NCBI RefSeq assembly: GCF_000039765.1
Contig: NC_004459.3
Coordinates: 630,001 to 662,000, forward strand
Source of the DNA: Vibrio vulnificus CMCP6
Lineage (GTDB): Bacteria > Pseudomonadota > Gammaproteobacteria > Enterobacterales > Vibrionaceae
Direction: 5' to 3'
DNA length: 32,000 nt
The position numbers and the translations under genes were made by a program. The notes beneath the pieces were generated by a model. That model saw only the letters and a program-made list of their open reading frames with translations. It did no database searches and was not told where the DNA came from. Shown here one piece after another: positions 10,800 to 21,315 of this stretch (within the stretch, counting starts at the first letter, position 1; every line of letters starts with the position of its first letter).

Positions 10800-11603
10800 T
10801 TAAGCCATTAACAGGTAAGCAAATAAGCCGACACCTAAGATCAATCGGTAGATCACAAACGGCGTCATTCCCATACGTGAAATCATCTTCAAGAACAGGT
10901 GAATACACAGATAGGCACTAATAAAGGAAGTGACAATACCGGTTAGCAAAAAGCCGACATGAACGGGCTCGCCACTGGTCACTAACTTCAAGCCAAGATA
11001 AGAACCCGCCAGCGTAATGATGGGAATCGACATCAGGAAAGAAAAGCGCGCGGCCGCTTCACGAGTAAAGCCCAAGTAAAGCGCAGCAGTAATAGTCGCC
11101 CCAGAGCGAGAAGTGCCGGGAATCATCGCCAATGCTTGCGCAATACCAATAAACAGAGCTTTCTTCCAACCCGCTTGGTATTCATCATCCAGCAAAGAGG
11201 CATTCTTATCGACCCACCAAAGCAACAGACCAAAAATAATGGTCGTTGTGGCAATCACATAGGCACTACGCAGATAAACTTCGATGACATCTTTCATCAC
11301 CAAGCCAAAGATACAGGCTGGGATCGTCGCAATCACAATCATCCACGCCAACTTGGCTTCTTTACTTCGTTCTCCTTTAAAAATCGACGCGAACAAAGCA
11401 GCGAAGAGCGTGATCACCTCTTTACGGAAATAGATCACCACGGCGGCTAAGGTACCGACATGCACCGCCACATCAAAAGCTAACCCTTGATCTTCCCAGC
11501 CAAGAATGGCGGAAGGCAGGATCAAATGCGCCGAACTGGAAATCGGCAAAAACTCGGTCAGGCCTTGAATCAAAGCCAACACAAACGCTTCAAAATAACT
11601 CAT
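10800..11603 (-). CDS. uppP: Undecaprenyl-diphosphatase
   Basis: ORF 267 aa; '[19 protein letters not shown]' and '[35 protein letters not shown]' signatures. Confidence 0.97.
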   Translation of the reverse strand: MSYFEAFVLALIQGLTEFLPISSSAHLILPSAILGWEDQGLAFDVAVHVGTLAAVVIYFRKEVITLFAALFASIFKGERSKEAKLAWMIVIATIPACIFGLVMKDVIEVYLRSAYVIATTTIIFGLLLWWVDKNASLLDDEYQAGWKKALFIGIAQALAMIPGTSRSGATITAALYLGFTREAAARFSFLMSIPIITLAGSYLGLKLVTSGEPVHVGFLLTGIVTSFISAYLCIHLFLKMISRMGMTPFVIYRLILGVGLFAYLLMA

Positions 11604-11618
11604 GGTTTACTCAGTTTT

Positions 11619-12101
11619 TTATAATGAAAAATCAACCGCTTTCAATGTGTCGAGATCGCGTGCAGTTTGCCAAATCTCTTCCACGGTACGGCCATCACCT
11701 GGAATCACCAGATCCGGCTGCAAATCATAAAGCGGTTGTATGACAAAGGGATATTTAAAGATATCACTGCGAGGCAGTTCAGGCTTTTGGCTCGAAATGC
11801 ATTCGCCGAACAGCACAATATCAAGATCCAGTGTTCGATCCTGATACTTCGCTGCATTTTCTTCTCGGCCCCATCGCAGTTCGATTTGGCGGAGCTGAGA
11901 AGCCAATTCCTCTAACGTCATAGACGTATTGAGACGAATGACAAAATTGAAAAAGGCATGGCTGTCGAAACCAACAGCGGCACATTCATATATCGGTGAG
12001 GCTTGTAAGGCTTCGCCAAGCAAAGTGAGCTCTTGCCAAGCGGCTCGTGCGTGCTTTTCTCGCTCAATATTGCTGCCTACGCCGATATAGACGGTGTTCA
12101 T
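11619..12101 (-). CDS. folK: 2-amino-4-hydroxy-6-hydroxymethyldihydropteridine diphosphokinase (HPPK)
   Basis: ORF 160 aa; 'VYIGVGSNIEREKHARAA' and 'DRTLDLDIVLFGE'; overlaps folB by 4 nt. Confidence 0.88.
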   Translation of the reverse strand: MNTVYIGVGSNIEREKHARAAWQELTLLGEALQASPIYECAAVGFDSHAFFNFVIRLNTSMTLEELASQLRQIELRWGREENAAKYQDRTLDLDIVLFGECISSQKPELPRSDIFKYPFVIQPLYDLQPDLVIPGDGRTVEEIWQTARDLDTLKAVDFSL

Positions 12102-12457
12102 GCTTGGCCTCGCTCAATCACCACACCCACAGCGCGAGCTTGTGGAACAGCTCCCGGCTTAGCTAAGCGAATGCGAATCCAAGGCACTGAGAATTGAGTC
12201 ATGATGAGCTCAGCCACTTCTTCCGCGACGCGTTCCACCAGTAAGAAACGACCGTTTTCAATGTGATTCAATACCGCCTCGCTCACTTGCGCATAATCCA
12301 ACGCATCGGCCACATCATCACTTTTGCCTGCAGGACGATTGTCGTGCGCCATTTCGATATCCAACACCAATTTTTGCTTAATTTGCTGTTCCCAGTCGTA
12401 GACACCAATGGTGGTAATCACTTCCAACTGTTCAATAAACACTTTATCCAGCGCCAT
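12098..12457 (-). CDS. folB: Dihydroneopterin aldolase
   Basis: ORF 119 aa; 'MDKVFIEQLEVITTIGVYDWEQQIKQKLVLDIEM'-like start, 'LVERVAEEVAELIM', 'RIRLAKPGAVPQARAVGVVIER'. Confidence 0.95.
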   Translation of the reverse strand: MALDKVFIEQLEVITTIGVYDWEQQIKQKLVLDIEMAHDNRPAGKSDDVADALDYAQVSEAVLNHIENGRFLLVERVAEEVAELIMTQFSVPWIRIRLAKPGAVPQARAVGVVIERGQA

Positions 12458-12580
12458 AATTTGTCCTTATAGAGGTCGGATACCCGAATGGGGTAAATTC
12501 ATCGTATTATTTTTGCAATCGCGCTATGATAGCAACTACGCGAAAAATGAGCATTACTTTCCAATCATTTAGGGACTCAC

Positions 12581-13192
12581 ATGGACGCAATGGCAGTGAC
12601 AATGACCATCATCGCCTACCTGCTGGGATCAATTTCCAGTGCGGTGCTGATTTGTCGTGTGCTGAGATTGCCCGATCCTCGAGGTGTGGGTTCAAACAAC
12701 CCTGGTGCTACCAACGTGTTGCGCATCGGTGGCAAAGGTGCCGCCGCGGCCGTACTGCTGTGCGATATGCTCAAAGGGACCATTCCGGTTTGGAGTGGTT
12801 ACTACCTCGGCATTGAACCCGTACTGCTTGGCGTGATCGCCATTGCGGCCTGCCTTGGTCATATGTACCCATTGTTCTTTCATTTCCAAGGTGGTAAAGG
12901 GGTGGCGACAGCGCTGGGAGCCATAGCACCTATCGGTTTGGATTTGACAGGGATGATCATGGCGACATGGCTGTTGGTCGCGATACTCTTCCGCTACTCT
13001 TCATTGGCCGCTTTGGTCACCGTTTTACTTGCCCCGATGTACACTTGGATGATCAAGCCCCAGTACACCTTGCCCGTAGGCATGCTCTGCTGCTTGATTG
13101 TGTTAAGACATCACCAAAATATCCGCCGTTTATTTACTGGTGAAGAACCCAAGATCGGTGAGAAAAAACTGCAAATGCCCAAGTCACAGTAA
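12581..13192 (+). CDS. plsY: Glycerol-3-phosphate acyltransferase PlsY
   Basis: ORF 203 aa; '[14 protein letters not shown]...[24 protein letters not shown]...[21 protein letters not shown]'. Confidence 0.97.
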
Positions 13193-13233
13193 AGCGAAAT
13201 AAGAGACGACGATAGACGTCAAAGGAATAGAAA

Positions 13234-13255
13234 ATGGCCCCTCATGAGGCCATTA
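13234..13255. terminator. Possible terminator between plsY and the alpha/beta hydrolase gene
   Basis: AATGGCC-cctcatga-GGCCATT hairpin; weak T-tract. Confidence 0.45.
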
Positions 13256-13263
13256 TCGTTCGC

Positions 13264-14082
13264 TTACTTGGCGTAAACTGCCGCGAGAAACGTCTCAAGC
13301 ATTTGGTTAACAAACTCAACCTGCTCTAAGTTACTGATGTGGCCAGCGTTAGGAATTTCCACCAATTGACTGCCGGTGATCACATCGTGCATCAAGTAAG
13401 ATTCAAACACTGGGCGAGGTTTGTCCTGCTGACCAACGGCGATCAAGGTTGGCAAAGCAAATTTTTCCGCATCCTCAATCACATCGCGACGACCAAACAC
13501 CATACGTCCAACTCTCGCCACTTCCACCGCACGTTCACCGGAAAGTGACGCTAAGCGTTGTTCGAAATCCGAAACCAATTGCGGGGTTTGCTCTTTCGCA
13601 TCGTTGGCAAAAAACAGCGGCACAACTGCTTCCACAATCGGTGCTGGCACCATTTGGGTTTGCGCAATAGCATCCAACATGGCGAAGTATTTCTGATGTG
13701 TCACTTCCGGCTCTAGGCCAATGAAGGTGTCCATCATGACTAAAGAAGTCACGCGTGCTGGTGCTTGTGAAACCAGTTCCGCTCCCCACATCCCACCGAC
13801 GGATAAACCGACAATAGAAAACGTCTCAATGTGTAGATGGTCCATCAACGCGAGCAGGTGTTGAGCGTAATCCACCAATGAATTGCAGTGAGTTGGTGCG
13901 GACTCAGATTCCCCATGCGCCCACAAATCCGGCACAATACAACGATAAGACTGACTTAAAAATTCAATTTGTGGCGCCCACATCTGGCTATCCCACAAAT
14001 AGCTATGACCAAATAACAAGACCGGACCTTGACCCACATCTTGATAAGCCATGCTTTTGCCATCTATGACGAATGTTTTCAT
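13264..14082 (-). CDS. Alpha/beta fold hydrolase
   Basis: ORF 272 aa; 'VLLFGHSYLWDSQMW...VPDLWAHGESE...FSIVGLSVGGMWGAELV' nucleophile elbow and C-terminal 'IPNAGHISNLEQ'. Confidence 0.92.
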   Translation of the reverse strand: MKTFVIDGKSMAYQDVGQGPVLLFGHSYLWDSQMWAPQIEFLSQSYRCIVPDLWAHGESESAPTHCNSLVDYAQHLLALMDHLHIETFSIVGLSVGGMWGAELVSQAPARVTSLVMMDTFIGLEPEVTHQKYFAMLDAIAQTQMVPAPIVEAVVPLFFANDAKEQTPQLVSDFEQRLASLSGERAVEVARVGRMVFGRRDVIEDAEKFALPTLIAVGQQDKPRPVFESYLMHDVITGSQLVEIPNAGHISNLEQVEFVNQMLETFLAAVYAK

Positions 14083-14169
14083 TATTTTTCCTAAAATCAG
14101 CAGAACCTAACATAGGCAACACAAGATGCCATTCAGTTCCATGTGAATAAAAAGCAGCAAAGTAAAAAA

Positions 14170-14189
14170 ACGGCCGCCTAAGCGACCGT
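14170..14189 (-). terminator. Terminator for tsaD
   Basis: On minus: ACGGTCGC-ttag-GCGGCCGT followed by T7 (one wobble pair). Confidence 0.75.
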
Positions 14190-14202
14190 GATTATACTGA
14201 GT

Positions 14203-15222
14203 TTATTTCATCACTGGCGTCAATTGATCAATTGGCCAACGAGGTCGGGCCTCTACCGCAAGATCTGACACTTCATTGTTCTTCAAACGCTGCATACCTG
14301 CATACGCGATCATTGCACCATTATCAGTACAAAACTCGGTACGTGGATAATAGACATCCCCGCCCACTTTGTGCGCCAGTTTTTCTAGTTCAGCACGAAG
14401 ACGACGGTTGGCACTCACCCCACCCGCAATCACAATACGTTTCATGCCCGTTTGTTCTAGTGCGCGCTTACATTTGATCGCCAGTGTAGCGCACACAGCC
14501 TCTTCAAAAGCGTACGCAATATCAGCACGTGTTTGTTCATCATCACCATTCGCCGCAATGGTATTCGCGGTAAAGGTTTTCAAACCAGAGAAGCTCATGT
14601 CCAAACCGGGTACATTGGTCATCGGACGCGGAAACTTAAAGCGACCCGGCGTCCCTTTTTCGGCCAATTTAGACAGCAATGGACCACCGGGATAATCTAG
14701 CCCCATGAGTTTCGCCGTCTTATCGAATGCTTCACCCGCCGCATCATCAATGGATTCGCCTAGAATTTTGTACTCACCAATGCCTTTCACTTCCACCATC
14801 ATCGAGTGACCACCCGAGACCAACACCGCCACAAATGGAAACGGCGGTGGGTTGTCTTCAAGCATAGGTGCGAGCAAGTGACCTTCCATATGATGAACCG
14901 GAACGGCTGGCACTCCCCAAGCGTAAGCGAGGCTTCGACCGATCGTTGCCCCCACCAAAAGTGCCCCCACCAAACCTGGCCCTGCTGTGTAAGCAACACC
15001 ATCAATATCTTTTGCTGTTAAATTGGCTTCTTTCAACGCCTCTTTAATAAGAGGAATGGTTTTCTTCACGTGGTCACGAGAAGCGAGCTCAGGCACGACA
15101 CCGCCGTAATCGGCATGCAGTTTAATTTGGCTATATAATTTATGGGCCAGTAGGCCTTTTTCATCGTCATAAATGGCGATTCCTGTTTCATCACAGGAGG
15201 TTTCAATGCCGAGAATGCGCAT
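14203..15222 (-). CDS. tsaD: tRNA N6-adenosine threonylcarbamoyltransferase
   Basis: ORF 339 aa; '[19 protein letters not shown]...[16 protein letters not shown]...[13 protein letters not shown]...VSGGHSM'. Confidence 0.98.
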
Positions 15223-15450
15223 AGTTTTCTCTGTATGCTCAGTGCTAATAGAAAATTTGCCGACATATTACCTCGCGCAGCCCAGACAAACAAATTTTGT
15301 ACAGACAATAATCGACAAAAGGCTTTACAAAGGCGCAGGGATCGGATTAAAATTCCGCACCATTTTTGATCAAGCTGGTTAGAGACCAATCGCTAGTGAT
15401 TTGTCTATTTATTGCCAGCGTTAACGAATAACCCCTGAGGTGAAAGGCAT

Positions 15451-15666
15451 ATGCCAGTAGTTAAAGTACGTGAAAACGAACCGTTCGACGTTGCTCTACG
15501 TCGTTTCAAGCGCTCTTGCGAAAAAGCAGGTATCCTTTCTGAAGTGCGTCGTCGTGAGCACTACGAAAAACCAACTACAGTTCGCAAACGCGCTAAAGCA
15601 GCAGCTCAAAAGCGTCACGCTAAGAAGCTAGCTCGCGAAAACGCTCGTCGCGTTCGCCTGTACTAA
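15451..15666 (+). CDS. rpsU: 30S ribosomal protein S21
   Basis: ORF 71 aa; '[71 protein letters not shown]'. Confidence 0.99.
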
Positions 15667-15694
15667 TAACTGAGCTCCGGAAAGGAATTTAGTT

Positions 15695-16138
15695 ATGGCT
15701 CTTATTGAACAACTCAAAGAAGAGCAAAAACTAGCGATGAAAGCCAAGGACAAACAGCGCCTTGGCACTATTCGTTTAGCCCTGTCTGCTATCAAGCAAC
15801 GTGAAGTCGACGAACAGATCACTCTGAACGATGACGACATTCTTGCTGTGCTGACAAAAATGGTTAAACAACGTCGCGACTCTGTTACGCAATTTGAAGC
15901 AGCAGGTCGTCAAGACTTAGCTGATGCGGAAAAAGCAGAAATTACGGTGCTTGAAGAATTCATGCCTCAACCGCTGAATGAAGACGAAGTAGCCGCGCTG
16001 ATCGACAGTGCGATTGCGGAATCTGGTGCAGCAGGCATGCAAGACATGGGTAAAGTAATGGCTGTTCTGAAACCGCAAATTCAAGGCCGTGCAGATATGG
16101 GTAAAGTAAGTGGTTTAGTTCGCGCTAAACTGGCTTAG
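15695..16138 (+). CDS. yqeY: GatB/YqeY domain-containing protein
   Basis: ORF 147 aa; 'LIEQLKEEQKLAMKAKDKQRLGTIRLALSAIKQREVDEQ' and C-terminal 'GQADMGKVSGLVRAKL'-type motif ('GRADMGKVSGLVRAKLA'). Confidence 0.95.
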   Translation: MALIEQLKEEQKLAMKAKDKQRLGTIRLALSAIKQREVDEQITLNDDDILAVLTKMVKQRRDSVTQFEAAGRQDLADAEKAEITVLEEFMPQPLNEDEVAALIDSAIAESGAAGMQDMGKVMAVLKPQIQGRADMGKVSGLVRAKLA

Positions 16139-16224
16139 TTCCCGCACCTGTTTGCAGCAAGCCGTGCTATCCTCTGGAACGCACGGCTTGTTTGTATCTA
16201 CCCTTCTCTTTTTTATTAGGTTTT

Positions 16225-17988
16225 ATGGCAGGACACATCCCACGCAGTTTTATTGATGATCTCCTTGCTCGACTTGATATCGTCGACATCATCGACCCAC
16301 GGGTGAAACTTAAGAAAAAAGGCAAGAACTATGGGGCGTGCTGCCCATTCCACAACGAAAAAACCCCCTCTTTCAGCGTTAGCCAAGAAAAACAGTTCTA
16401 CCATTGCTTCGGTTGCGGTGCACACGGCAATGCCATCGATTTTATGATGGAATTTGAACGATTGGAGTTTGTGGAAGCCATTGAGGAACTTGCCTCTTAT
16501 CTTGGTCTCGACGTTCCACGCGAACAACGCTCAACCAACACTAAGTTTAGCCAAGCACCTCAAGCCAGCAGTAGCCAAAAGCGCAGCCTCTACGATTTAA
16601 TGGCCAGCATTAGCCAGTTCTATCGCAATCAACTGAAGCTTTCTTCAGGCAAAATCGCGATCGATTACCTAAAAAATCGCGGCCTATCAGGCGAGATCGT
16701 ACAGAAATTTGGCATTGGTTATATTGCCGATGAATGGGATTTGGTGCGTAAAAACTTTGGTCAGCATCCTGAAGCACAAGAGATGCTGGTCGCCGGTGGT
16801 ATGTTGATCGAGAACGAAAAAGGTAATCGCTACGATCGCTTCCGTGGCCGTGTGATGTTCCCTATTCGCGATCGCCGTGGGCGTGTTATCGGATTTGGCG
16901 GGCGAGTGCTTGGGGATGGCACCCCAAAATATCTCAACTCACCAGAGACCCCAATCTTCCACAAAGGCAAAGAACTTTACGGCTTGTACGAAGTCCTACA
17001 GGCATATCGAGAGCCACCTCAAATTTTAGTGGTCGAAGGCTATATGGACGTTGTCGCGCTAGCCCAATATGGCGTAGATTATTCCGTCGCTTCCCTGGGA
17101 ACGTCCACCACGGGTGATCATCTACAAGTGCTGTTTCGTCAAACCAGCACCGTCGTCTGTTGTTACGATGGTGACCGGGCAGGAAGAGAAGCCGCTTGGC
17201 GAGCCATGGAAAACGCATTGCCTTACTTAAATGATGGCCGACAATTGAAGTTCATGTTTTTACCTGATGGCGAAGATCCCGATTCGTATATTCGTCAATT
17301 TGGTAAAGCGCAGTTTGAGCAACAAGTGGCCAATGCCATGCCCTTGTCAGAGTTCATGTTCAGCTCGCTTGCGCAACAAGTTGACATGAGCAGCAAAGAA
17401 GGTATGGCGAAGCTCACAACCTTAGCGGTTCCTTTGATCGATAAAGTGCCAGGCGGCACTTTGCGTCTATACTTGAGGGAATTACTTGGCCGCCGTTTAG
17501 GCTTGGTGGATGAACGACAGCTGCAACAACTGATCGATCGCCAAGGCCAAACCGACAAAAAGCCACAGCCCCACCGTGAGCTAAAAAGAACACCCATGCG
17601 TGAAGTGGTCGCCCTATTAATTCAGCGTCCAAGCTTCTCGCAGCTGGTGCCGGATTTAACCCCGGTCAAACATTTAACCATACCCGGCTTGAGTTTATTG
17701 ATAGAAGTGCTTGAAAGATGCCAAGCACGCCCCAATATAACCACAGGCCAATTGCTAGAAAGCTGGCGTGGCAGCCAGAATGAACAACTTCTGTCTCGTT
17801 TAGCAGGTTGGGAAATCCCCCTCGACGATGACAATGAAGAAGACATATTTTTAGACTCGCTGGACAAGATTCTTGCTCAGTGTGTTGAAAAGCAAATTGA
17901 GAACCTGCAGGCAAAAGATAGAAGCATCGGCTTATCAGCCGATGAAAGAAGGGAGCTTATGGCACTCATGCTAGATTTAAAAGCGTAA
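16225..17988 (+). CDS. dnaG: DNA primase
   Basis: 'MAGHIPRSFIDDLLARLDIVDIID...GACCPFHNEKTPSFSVSQEKQFYHCFGCGAHGNAIDF' zinc-binding domain and TOPRIM 'VVEGYMDVVAL'. The track start (16192) adds 11 residues; the ATG at 16225 is the family start. Confidence 0.97.
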   Translation: MAGHIPRSFIDDLLARLDIVDIIDPRVKLKKKGKNYGACCPFHNEKTPSFSVSQEKQFYHCFGCGAHGNAIDFMMEFERLEFVEAIEELASYLGLDVPREQRSTNTKFSQAPQASSSQKRSLYDLMASISQFYRNQLKLSSGKIAIDYLKNRGLSGEIVQKFGIGYIADEWDLVRKNFGQHPEAQEMLVAGGMLIENEKGNRYDRFRGRVMFPIRDRRGRVIGFGGRVLGDGTPKYLNSPETPIFHKGKELYGLYEVLQAYREPPQILVVEGYMDVVALAQYGVDYSVASLGTSTTGDHLQVLFRQTSTVVCCYDGDRAGREAAWRAMENALPYLNDGRQLKFMFLPDGEDPDSYIRQFGKAQFEQQVANAMPLSEFMFSSLAQQVDMSSKEGMAKLTTLAVPLIDKVPGGTLRLYLRELLGRRLGLVDERQLQQLIDRQGQTDKKPQPHRELKRTPMREVVALLIQRPSFSQLVPDLTPVKHLTIPGLSLLIEVLERCQARPNITTGQLLESWRGSQNEQLLSRLAGWEIPLDDDNEEDIFLDSLDKILAQCVEKQIENLQAKDRSIGLSADERRELMALMLDLKA

Positions 17989-18087
17989 CCCTGTTTAATT
18001 AGTCAGCAACAATTTTATTTGCTATAGTTAGTGGTTTGCATTTCGCATACTAATTCCTTCACCAGATTACGAAGTTGGATACCGTCT

Positions 18088-19962
18088 ATGGATCATAATC
18101 CGCAGTCACAGCTAAAACTACTTGTCATCCGTGGCAAAGAGCAAGGCTATCTGACCTACGCCGAAGTAAATGACCACCTACCTGCTGAAATCGTAGATTC
18201 AGAACAGGTGGAAGATATCATTCAGATGATTAACGACATGGGTATCAAGGTAGTAGAAACTGCTCCTGATGCCGATGACCTAGCACTGAGTGATGAAACA
18301 AACATTACCGACGAAGATGCTGCCGAAGCAGCCGCTGCTGCGCTTTCAAGCGTAGAAAGCGAAATTGGTCGCACTACAGACCCAGTGCGCATGTACATGC
18401 GTGAAATGGGTACCGTTGAACTTCTAACTCGTGAAGGCGAAATCGACATCGCTAAACGAATTGAAGATGGTATCAACCAAGTACAGTCGTCTGTTGCTGA
18501 ATACCCAGGAACCATTCCTTATATTCTTGAACAGTTCGACAAAGTACAAGCGGAAGAACTTCGCCTAACTGATCTTATCAGTGGTTTTGTTGATCCAAAT
18601 GCAGATGAAACGGCAGCTCCAACCGCAACACACATCGGTTCAGAGCTTGCAGAATCTGATTTGGAAGATGAAGACAACACCGACATCGACGATGAAGACG
18701 AAGATGAAGACGAAGATGGCGATTCAAGCAGTGATTCAGAGGAAGATGTCGGCATCGACCCTGAAATGGCGCTAGAGAAGTTCACTCAGCTTCGTAACAG
18801 CTACCAGAATCTGCAACTTGCCGTGAATGAACATGGTCGAGAGAGTGCTCAAACAGCTCAAGCCCATGAACTGATGCTCGATGTGTTTAAAGAGTTTCGT
18901 CTAACACCGAAGCAGTTTGACCATTTGGTTAACGAACTTCGCACCGCCATGGATCGCGTTCGTACGCAAGAGCGCTTGATCATGAAGTCTGCGGTAGAAA
19001 TCGCGAAAATGCCGAAGAAGTCGTTCATTGCACTCTTTACTGGCAACGAATCTAACGAAGAATGGTTAGATCAGATCCTCGCTTCTGACAAGCCATACGT
19101 AGAAAAGATCAAGCTGCACGAAGAAGACATTCGTCGTTCAATCGCCAAGCTAAGAGCAATTGAAGAAGAAACGTCGCTTTCAGTGAACAACATCAAAGAC
19201 ATCAGCCGTCGTATGTCTATCGGTGAAGCAAAAGCTCGCCGTGCGAAGAAAGAGATGGTTGAGGCGAACTTACGTCTCGTTATCTCTATCGCGAAGAAGT
19301 ACACAAACCGTGGTTTACAGTTCTTGGATCTAATCCAAGAAGGTAACATCGGTCTGATGAAAGCGGTTGATAAATTTGAATACCGTCGTGGTTACAAGTT
19401 CTCGACCTACGCAACTTGGTGGATTCGTCAGGCAATCACGCGTTCAATCGCAGACCAAGCACGTACGATTCGTATTCCGGTACACATGATCGAAACGATC
19501 AACAAGCTAAACCGTATCTCTCGTCAAATGCTACAAGAGATGGGTCGAGAGCCGTTACCGGAAGAACTGGCAGAGCGTATGCAAATGCCAGAAGATAAGA
19601 TCCGTAAAGTACTGAAAATTGCTAAAGAGCCAATCTCAATGGAGACGCCAATCGGTGACGATGAAGATTCGCATCTAGGTGATTTCATCGAAGATACCAC
19701 GCTAGAGCTACCTCTTGATTCTGCAACGGCGACCAGCCTAAAAGCAGCGACAAAAGATGTTCTTGCAGGTCTAACACCTCGTGAAGCAAAAGTACTGCGT
19801 ATGCGTTTTGGTATCGACATGAACACCGACCACACTCTAGAAGAAGTGGGCAAACAGTTCGACGTAACGCGTGAGCGTATTCGTCAGATCGAAGCAAAAG
19901 CACTGCGTAAACTGCGTCATCCAAGCCGCTCAGAAACTCTGCGTAGCTTCCTTGACGAGTAA
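18088..19962 (+). CDS. rpoD: RNA polymerase sigma factor RpoD (sigma-70)
   Basis: '[32 protein letters not shown]...' start; region 2 '[30 protein letters not shown]', region 4 '[19 protein letters not shown]'. The track start (18031) is 19 codons too early. Confidence 0.98.
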   Translation: MDHNPQSQLKLLVIRGKEQGYLTYAEVNDHLPAEIVDSEQVEDIIQMINDMGIKVVETAPDADDLALSDETNITDEDAAEAAAAALSSVESEIGRTTDPVRMYMREMGTVELLTREGEIDIAKRIEDGINQVQSSVAEYPGTIPYILEQFDKVQAEELRLTDLISGFVDPNADETAAPTATHIGSELAESDLEDEDNTDIDDEDEDEDEDGDSSSDSEEDVGIDPEMALEKFTQLRNSYQNLQLAVNEHGRESAQTAQAHELMLDVFKEFRLTPKQFDHLVNELRTAMDRVRTQERLIMKSAVEIAKMPKKSFIALFTGNESNEEWLDQILASDKPYVEKIKLHEEDIRRSIAKLRAIEEETSLSVNNIKDISRRMSIGEAKARRAKKEMVEANLRLVISIAKKYTNRGLQFLDLIQEGNIGLMKAVDKFEYRRGYKFSTYATWWIRQAITRSIADQARTIRIPVHMIETINKLNRISRQMLQEMGREPLPEELAERMQMPEDKIRKVLKIAKEPISMETPIGDDEDSHLGDFIEDTTLELPLDSATATSLKAATKDVLAGLTPREAKVLRMRFGIDMNTDHTLEEVGKQFDVTRERIRQIEAKALRKLRHPSRSETLRSFLDE

Positions 19963-19980
19963 CGCATACTCTTCTCAAGC

Positions 19981-20008
19981 AAAAAGGTGAGCCATGGCTC
20001 ACCTTTTT
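19981..20008 (+). terminator. rpoD terminator
   Basis: Perfect palindrome AAAAAGGTGAGCCATGGCTCACCTTTTT followed by T. Confidence 0.9.
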
Positions 20009-20107
20009 TGTAGTTTCCTTCGCTAAGTGAATAAAAACTAAGCGCAATTAGCCGTAGCTACGTCTAGACACCCCGCGCGAGTTCTCCTATAATCTTGGCT
20101 CTGATTT

Positions 20108-20183
20108 GGCCCCTTAGCTCAGTGGTTAGAGCAGTCGACTCATAATCGATTGGTCCCCAGTTCAAGTCTGGGAGGGGCCACCA
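20108..20183 (+). tRNA. ileX: tRNA-Ile2 with CAU anticodon (expected lysidine-modified C34), not Met
   Basis: 76 nt GGCCCCTTAGCTCAGTGGTTAGAGCAGTCGACTCATAATCGATTGGTCCCCAGTTCAAGTCTGGGAGGGGCCACCA; full cloverleaf, anticodon CAT, encoded CCA, resembles E. coli ileX/ileY, and E. coli ileX also lies just downstream of rpoD. Confidence 0.92.
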
Positions 20184-20191
20184 AATTCTAG

Positions 20192-20219
20192 AAGGCTCGT
20201 AGAGACATCTACGGGCCTT
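20192..20219 (+). terminator. Terminator of the tRNA transcript
   Basis: AAGGCTCGTAGA-gaca-TCTACGGGCCTT followed by TGTCTTTTC. Confidence 0.8.
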
Positions 20220-20295
20220 TGTCTTTTCTAGTCCGGTCTATACCTGGTCTGTGAGTACTTCCGGTAAGCTTTGGTTCATTAGGCACTTCCCTTAA

Positions 20296-21012
20296 TCAAT
20301 CAGAAAGATAGTATTGAACCGTCGAAACCACACGAATGCGTTTAATATGTGGCGTGTTGTGATCTCTATCCATGATAGAAAACTGGCCTTGTGATGCTGT
20401 GCGGATTTTGCCAAGTGAACTATTGGAATCTTTGGCAAACTTCTCAGCCACCTCTCTCGCATTGTGAGTGGCTTCTTCGATCATTTCCGGCTTAATTTCG
20501 TTTAAGCGAGTGAAGCTGTAGACAATCGGGTTGTCGTAAGCATCTTGGTTGAAAACAATCCCCTTCTTGCCCAGTTGTCCAATAAGACTGATGGCTTGAC
20601 GTACCGAATCAACTTTATTGCTGTACACCGTGATGGTTTGAATGGCGAGATAGCGATATTCCGCATTTGCTTCTCCCCCATATTGCTGAGCTTTCTTATC
20701 AATCACCGCAGGGGCAGACCATTGGACACTATCTGAAAGTTCACGTTTATTGAGAAAATCGGTGATTAACGTTGATTGCGTATCCACTTTGGTGAAAAGA
20801 TCTTGGATGTCATTGCTGGCAACCGTAAAACGGATCGGCCAAATGACCGTATCAGCAGGATACTCTCTCTCCGATAACCCCTTAACCGTCACAATGCGAT
20901 CCAGTGCTTTGTATTGAATGGCCGTTTGCTGAACTAGATAACCCAATACGCCTAAGCCGACAATTAGGGATACACCTAGAATCAACGCGGCTTGGGTTGT
21001 CATTTCTCTCAT
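20296..21012 (-). CDS. SIMPL domain-containing (DUF541) protein
   Basis: ORF 238 aa; N-terminal TM, 'TVKGLSEREYPADTVIWPIRFTVASNDIQDL', C-terminal 'IKRIRVVSTVQYYL'. Confidence 0.9.
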   Translation of the reverse strand: MREMTTQAALILGVSLIVGLGVLGYLVQQTAIQYKALDRIVTVKGLSEREYPADTVIWPIRFTVASNDIQDLFTKVDTQSTLITDFLNKRELSDSVQWSAPAVIDKKAQQYGGEANAEYRYLAIQTITVYSNKVDSVRQAISLIGQLGKKGIVFNQDAYDNPIVYSFTRLNEIKPEMIEEATHNAREVAEKFAKDSNSSLGKIRTASQGQFSIMDRDHNTPHIKRIRVVSTVQYYLSD

Positions 21013-21315
21013 AACCTAACCTTTAAAAATTACCAAAACTTTCGAATCCTACAACATAGCGTAGTTAGTTCTTCAGTACTGAGACATGGCACTAATTAGA
21101 TAAAGAAACGGGAACCGAATTCGGTTCCCGCTTTCCAGAGCAGCATAACAAAGGTTTATTGACGTTTGCGTTATATTATTTTGTCCCGCAGTTTCAACTT
21201 AACACCCAAACTTACATTTTGATGCAAAATTAGTATATTTTGTGAGCAGCGGATAATTTATTTCCATCATTTTACTTGTTGTTGCACGCACTTCTCGACT
21301 CATCTGTTAACCAAA

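Noticed and set aside
15223-15450. Possible LexA box upstream of rpsU, as known in E. coli (TTTTGTACAGAC near 15297)
   Set aside because: Only one half resembles CTG-N10-CAG; the partner half-site is missing, so I do not call it.
18660-18760. GAxGAx-rich tandem-like tract inside rpoD that looks like a microsatellite or repeat
   Set aside because: It encodes the acidic spacer ([27 protein letters not shown]) in the non-conserved region of gamma-proteobacterial RpoD; the frame is intact and it is a normal family feature.
20108-20183. tRNA-Met, because the anticodon is CAU
   Set aside because: Acceptor, D-arm and anticodon arm match the E. coli ileX/ileY type (GGCCCC...GGGGCC, ACTCATAATC), where C34 is converted to lysidine; the location after rpoD also fits tRNA-Ile2.
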